From an uncultured delta proteobacterium (GTDB taxonomy: Bacteria > Desulfobacterota > Desulfobacteria > Desulfobacterales > JAFDCJ01): 64,000 nucleotides of DNA. Below are positions 60,538 through 64,000 of this stretch, one piece after another. Below the pieces are notes generated by a model. The model was not told the origin of the DNA and ran no database searches. It saw only the letters and a list, made by a program, of their open reading frames with translations. The stretch is taken from positions 448,001-512,000 of the forward strand of contig CAVYNY010000022.1 in assembly GCA_963769935.1 (NCBI GenBank), written 5' to 3'. The first letter of the stretch is position 1; each line of letters opens with the position of its first letter. The position numbers and the translations under genes were made by a program.

Positions 60538-61645
60538 TCAAACCGCCAAGGTGGTGACGGCGACCGAGGCCTGATTTGTCATCAGGGACGGTTCAGACGG
60601 ATCGCCGCCCCTTATACATCTGGACGGCGAGCTTGAACAGCATCCACCATGGCATCGGAATTTGCGATTCCTTCCCCTGCAATCTGCTAACGCCGTACCA
60701 TGGTCAGGATTTGTTCGGATGATCGGCAACCCAAGGACAATCGTTACACCCTGCATAGCCGTATAGCGCTGTGAGCTTTCATTCCATTCCCAGCCTAAAA
60801 ATTTACCCGGAATATGACCTTGGTCGTGGTAAAGGGCAACGACGATGTCGTATTTTCCTCCGCGCGCCTTGATAAAAACCGAATCCGGCGGCACAGGACC
60901 TTCCACGATGATACCTTCCGCCCTAGCCGCATCAATGGCCGGCGTTATTATTTTTTCCTCTTCATCCCCGAAGAGCCCGTCGTCGCCGGAGTGCGGATTT
61001 AAACCGGGGACCGCAATTTTCGGATTTTCAATGCCCATTTCCCGGAGAGATTGGTGTGCCAGGCGGATCATTTTCAGGATACGAATTTTGCTGGAGGATT
61101 GCGATAGCATTTTTAAGAGATGTATGCAGTGTCACATGCATGACTCTGAAGTTATCGACTATCAGCATGGATGAAAACTCTTCAACACCAAGCCGATCGC
61201 TGAAAATCTCAGTATGTCCGGCGAATTGACATCCGGCCAGATGAATGGCCTTTTTATGGATGGGTCCTGTAACAATCGCGTCGATTGTGTGATCAAGTGT
61301 TAAATCAATCGCCTTGTATATGTATTCGAGCGACGCTTTCCCCGTCATTAGGCTGATTTGCTTTTTCTGCAGTCTGCTGCAATCCACGTTTTGCATATCG
61401 AGCACATCAATGGTGCCGGGTCGAAAGATGCCGGTCTTCGGTTGAGAAAACGCGTTAATTGCAGCATCGCATTTAACGGTGCCAACGGCATGCTGAATGA
61501 CACCGGCATCACCGATAATAAGGGGTCGGCAGAGATCAAAAAGTTCCTTAACCTGCAGTGCTTTTACTGCGACTTCCGGGCCGACACCGGCAGGATCACC
61601 GGTAGTGATTCCAATCAGCGGTCGATATTTACTATTTTCAGACAT
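60538..61645 (-). pseudogene. PdxA/PdxA2-family dehydrogenase, frameshifted
   Basis: GDPAGVGPE, TGPIHK, GHTE, VTLH in one frame; [28 protein letters not shown] in another. Shifts near 61100 and 60690. Confidence 0.85.
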
Positions 61646-61839
61646 GTGAATCTCCTTTGGACGGATTAAATTCGCTGAGGGTCCAAATTCACACTAGGGT
61701 TGGACTGCAGTTTCATTGATTATAGATAAATTTCAATTGCGCTTCCCATAGGGTATTTATTTCAAGTGGCTAGATTGAAGTAAATATTTCTAGCCGGTGA
61801 TGAGACGGCATTTTCTATTATCGGTTAGTAGCGGAGATA

Positions 61840-63103
61840 GTTAACAGCCCGGACAAGGATGTCCGTCGTCACCCACTCCGCCACCCTTGGTGACCACTCG
61901 CAAGACCGTCAAAAGGCCCGCCGGCGAGACGAGCCAGCCGCACAAGCGGACTCAAATCTTTGTCCAGGATGATTCCTTTTCCTCTCAGCTGATTAATAAC
62001 TTCGGCGGCAATGCTACCGCCTGTGAGAATCAATCCTGAAATTCGCATGTTTTTAAGCAATCTTGCAACGATGATGCCTAACAGCTGGCCGATGTCGGAT
62101 GGTATCGAATCGGGAAGCGTTACGCCAACTTTTGAATTCGGCGAGAATGGTGTCGCAGGTGTTTGAATGAGAAGATTGCGCTTTTCTTTATAAAAAGCGG
62201 TTGCAAGTTGAACAACCCTGTCAATTTCAGATTCTCGTTGTTCACTTAACGCCCGATCCAGGTCTATTTGGATATCAATGGCCGTTTCTCCATCAAGTAA
62301 TTTTTGGGCTTGAATACGGGATTGACGATTGAGCGAGCCGCAGATTATCATACACGGCTCTTCAAAAGAACCGGACCGAGCGTGAAAAATTCCTGAAATA
62401 AGGCCGCCGATCCCACGGGCAATATCTTCAAAGGGCTATTCAAAACCGCGTCACGAATCACCCATAGATCACTCTGAGAGCATGCATCACAGATCAAAAT
62501 CCGGAAGCCCGCCTGATAGAAATCCATTGTTAATTGATCAACGTTCTGACACCCGGCTGCCAACTGACGTAAACTGATCGACCGGACCTTATATTTTAGA
62601 TAGCGACCCAGCAAATCGGGTAAATAAGATGTTCCTGCAACAGCGAGTCCATCGGCGTATTCCGTGAGGGCTATCGGCTGATTCCCTACGAGGTGGTAGC
62701 CGCCCACTGTGAAGCGATGCGTCTGCGGCGAAGCCGGCACAAAATAAATTAAATCGGCAAGACCGTTATCCAGTATGGCTTCGAGTTCCTCGATCAAATT
62801 ACCCCGCAGGGTCGAGTCAATTTTTTTGTAAATCAGACGGCGGCGCAATTGCGGATTGTTTTGGAGAACCTCGGAAATAAGGCGTTGAGCTGTATGGCCC
62901 GGACAGTCGCGGGTGTTCAGGTTGACAACCACCCCGGCGTAGTCTTCAATGAGACGATCTAATCCGGCAGTTGAGGTGCCACTGTTTAGCACCAGATGCG
63001 AATCCAGGTGCTCAGCCAACACGAGCCCGATCTCATTGGCGCCTGTTAAATCATCTGAAATAATTGCAATAGGTTCACGCCGAATGTCTTTGATCCGCAG
63101 CAT
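61840..63103 (-). pseudogene. Four-carbon acid sugar kinase (DUF1537/DtnK-like), frameshifted
   Basis: ISDDLTGA, YKKIDSTLRGN, VGSAAL in ORF 62348-63142; ICGSLN, LILTGG and a shifted VVTKGG in the downstream part. Confidence 0.85.
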
Positions 63104-63125
63104 TTGTTTTATTCGTTTTTGATAA

Positions 63126-64000
63126 TTATGGAACCATGACAACTTTAACCGATTCAGGGTCGGTCACATCGGCTTTAAAAGCAGCGGCCGCCTGATCTAA
63201 TTTAAATCTGCGGTTTACCAGTGGATCAATCTTGATGGTACTTTGCATTACAGGCCTTAAAGCCCACGGCGTCCAGACTTTGCGCTCTTCAATGGAATGA
63301 TGAACCAGTCCGGTATTGATCACATGCAGGCTGTCGTGATGCAGGCGCGATATGTTGATTTTAATATCTTGCGTAACCCAGCTGTAAAATATGATCGTCC
63401 CATTGTGTTTGACGCACTCGATGCCGGCATTAATGGTCTCGGCCGACCGGCCGCCTCGACAACCACATCGGCCCCGCATCCTTCGGTTATTTCTAAAATG
63501 CGCTGCACGGCGTTTTCGCGCTGAGCGTTTATGGTGTAGTCAGCACCCAGTTGTTTGGCGATCGCAAGTTTTTGATCGATGACATCAACGGCAATCAGCT
63601 TATTAGCCCCTTTTTGTTTCATGACCTGGGAAATGATCTGACCGGCAAAACCGACCCCAAAAGTGACGGCGGTATCCCCAAATTGACGTTGGAATGAAGC
63701 CCGGAAAACATGGCGCATGCAATCGGTTCCCCCAGACATGCCAAATCCCTGGAAAGCCCCGCCGGTGCCGGCTCCAGATTGTCTTCGTTGGCCGCAAAGT
63801 AATCGGCCATCGTGCCATTGACGTTAAAAGACATGACGAAATCACCGGGCTTGAATCGTCTGACCCTGGAACCCACTTCTTCAACGGTGCCGCCGCCTTC
63901 ATGACCGATATCGTAAGGGAATTTTATGAGCGGATCGTCGGGTGCATATCCCGGGCCGTTCATTTTGGGGAGGTATCCCAGATAAAAATTTTTATCTGTG
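63126..64000 (-). pseudogene. MDR/Zn-dependent alcohol dehydrogenase-like gene, frameshifted; 5' end lies outside the window
   Basis: GHEGGG, EPIAC, GVGFAG, GADVVVEAAG and the C-terminal VKVVMVP are spread over three frames. Confidence 0.8.

Overview
Chromosomal segment, most likely from a Desulfobacterales-type sulfate-reducing deltaproteobacterium. This is inferred from qrcABCD, the ahbC-hemB-ahbD alternative heme genes and an IspH-UbiA-type fusion. The first ~35 kb is mostly housekeeping: ispH fusion (runs off the left edge), parAB, an EF-G paralog, tRNA-Ala(GGC), ppiD, uvrD-like helicase, system II cytochrome c biogenesis, Qrc, murA, comEC, heme genes and a ClpX-like ATPase. The right half is more accessory: small hypotheticals, an HDOD/hybrid kinase/Hpt/receiver phosphorelay, radical SAM enzymes, mgtE, orphan oadG-oadB and a heavily frameshifted four-carbon acid-sugar catabolic cluster. 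The most unusual locus is 46.4-53.3 kb: a signal-peptide-bearing dikinase with glucan-water-dikinase-like domain order, two exported SxxK serine hydrolases and an NTT/TLC-type nucleotide transporter. Other highlights are an unannotated acidic leader ORF with attenuator-like pairing upstream of mgtE, an unannotated 53-aa membrane ORF after qrcD, and many intergenic palindromic elements with 7-9 bp periodicity. No CRISPR array, rRNA, prophage or intact transposase was seen. All calls come from reading motifs by eye, without database searches.
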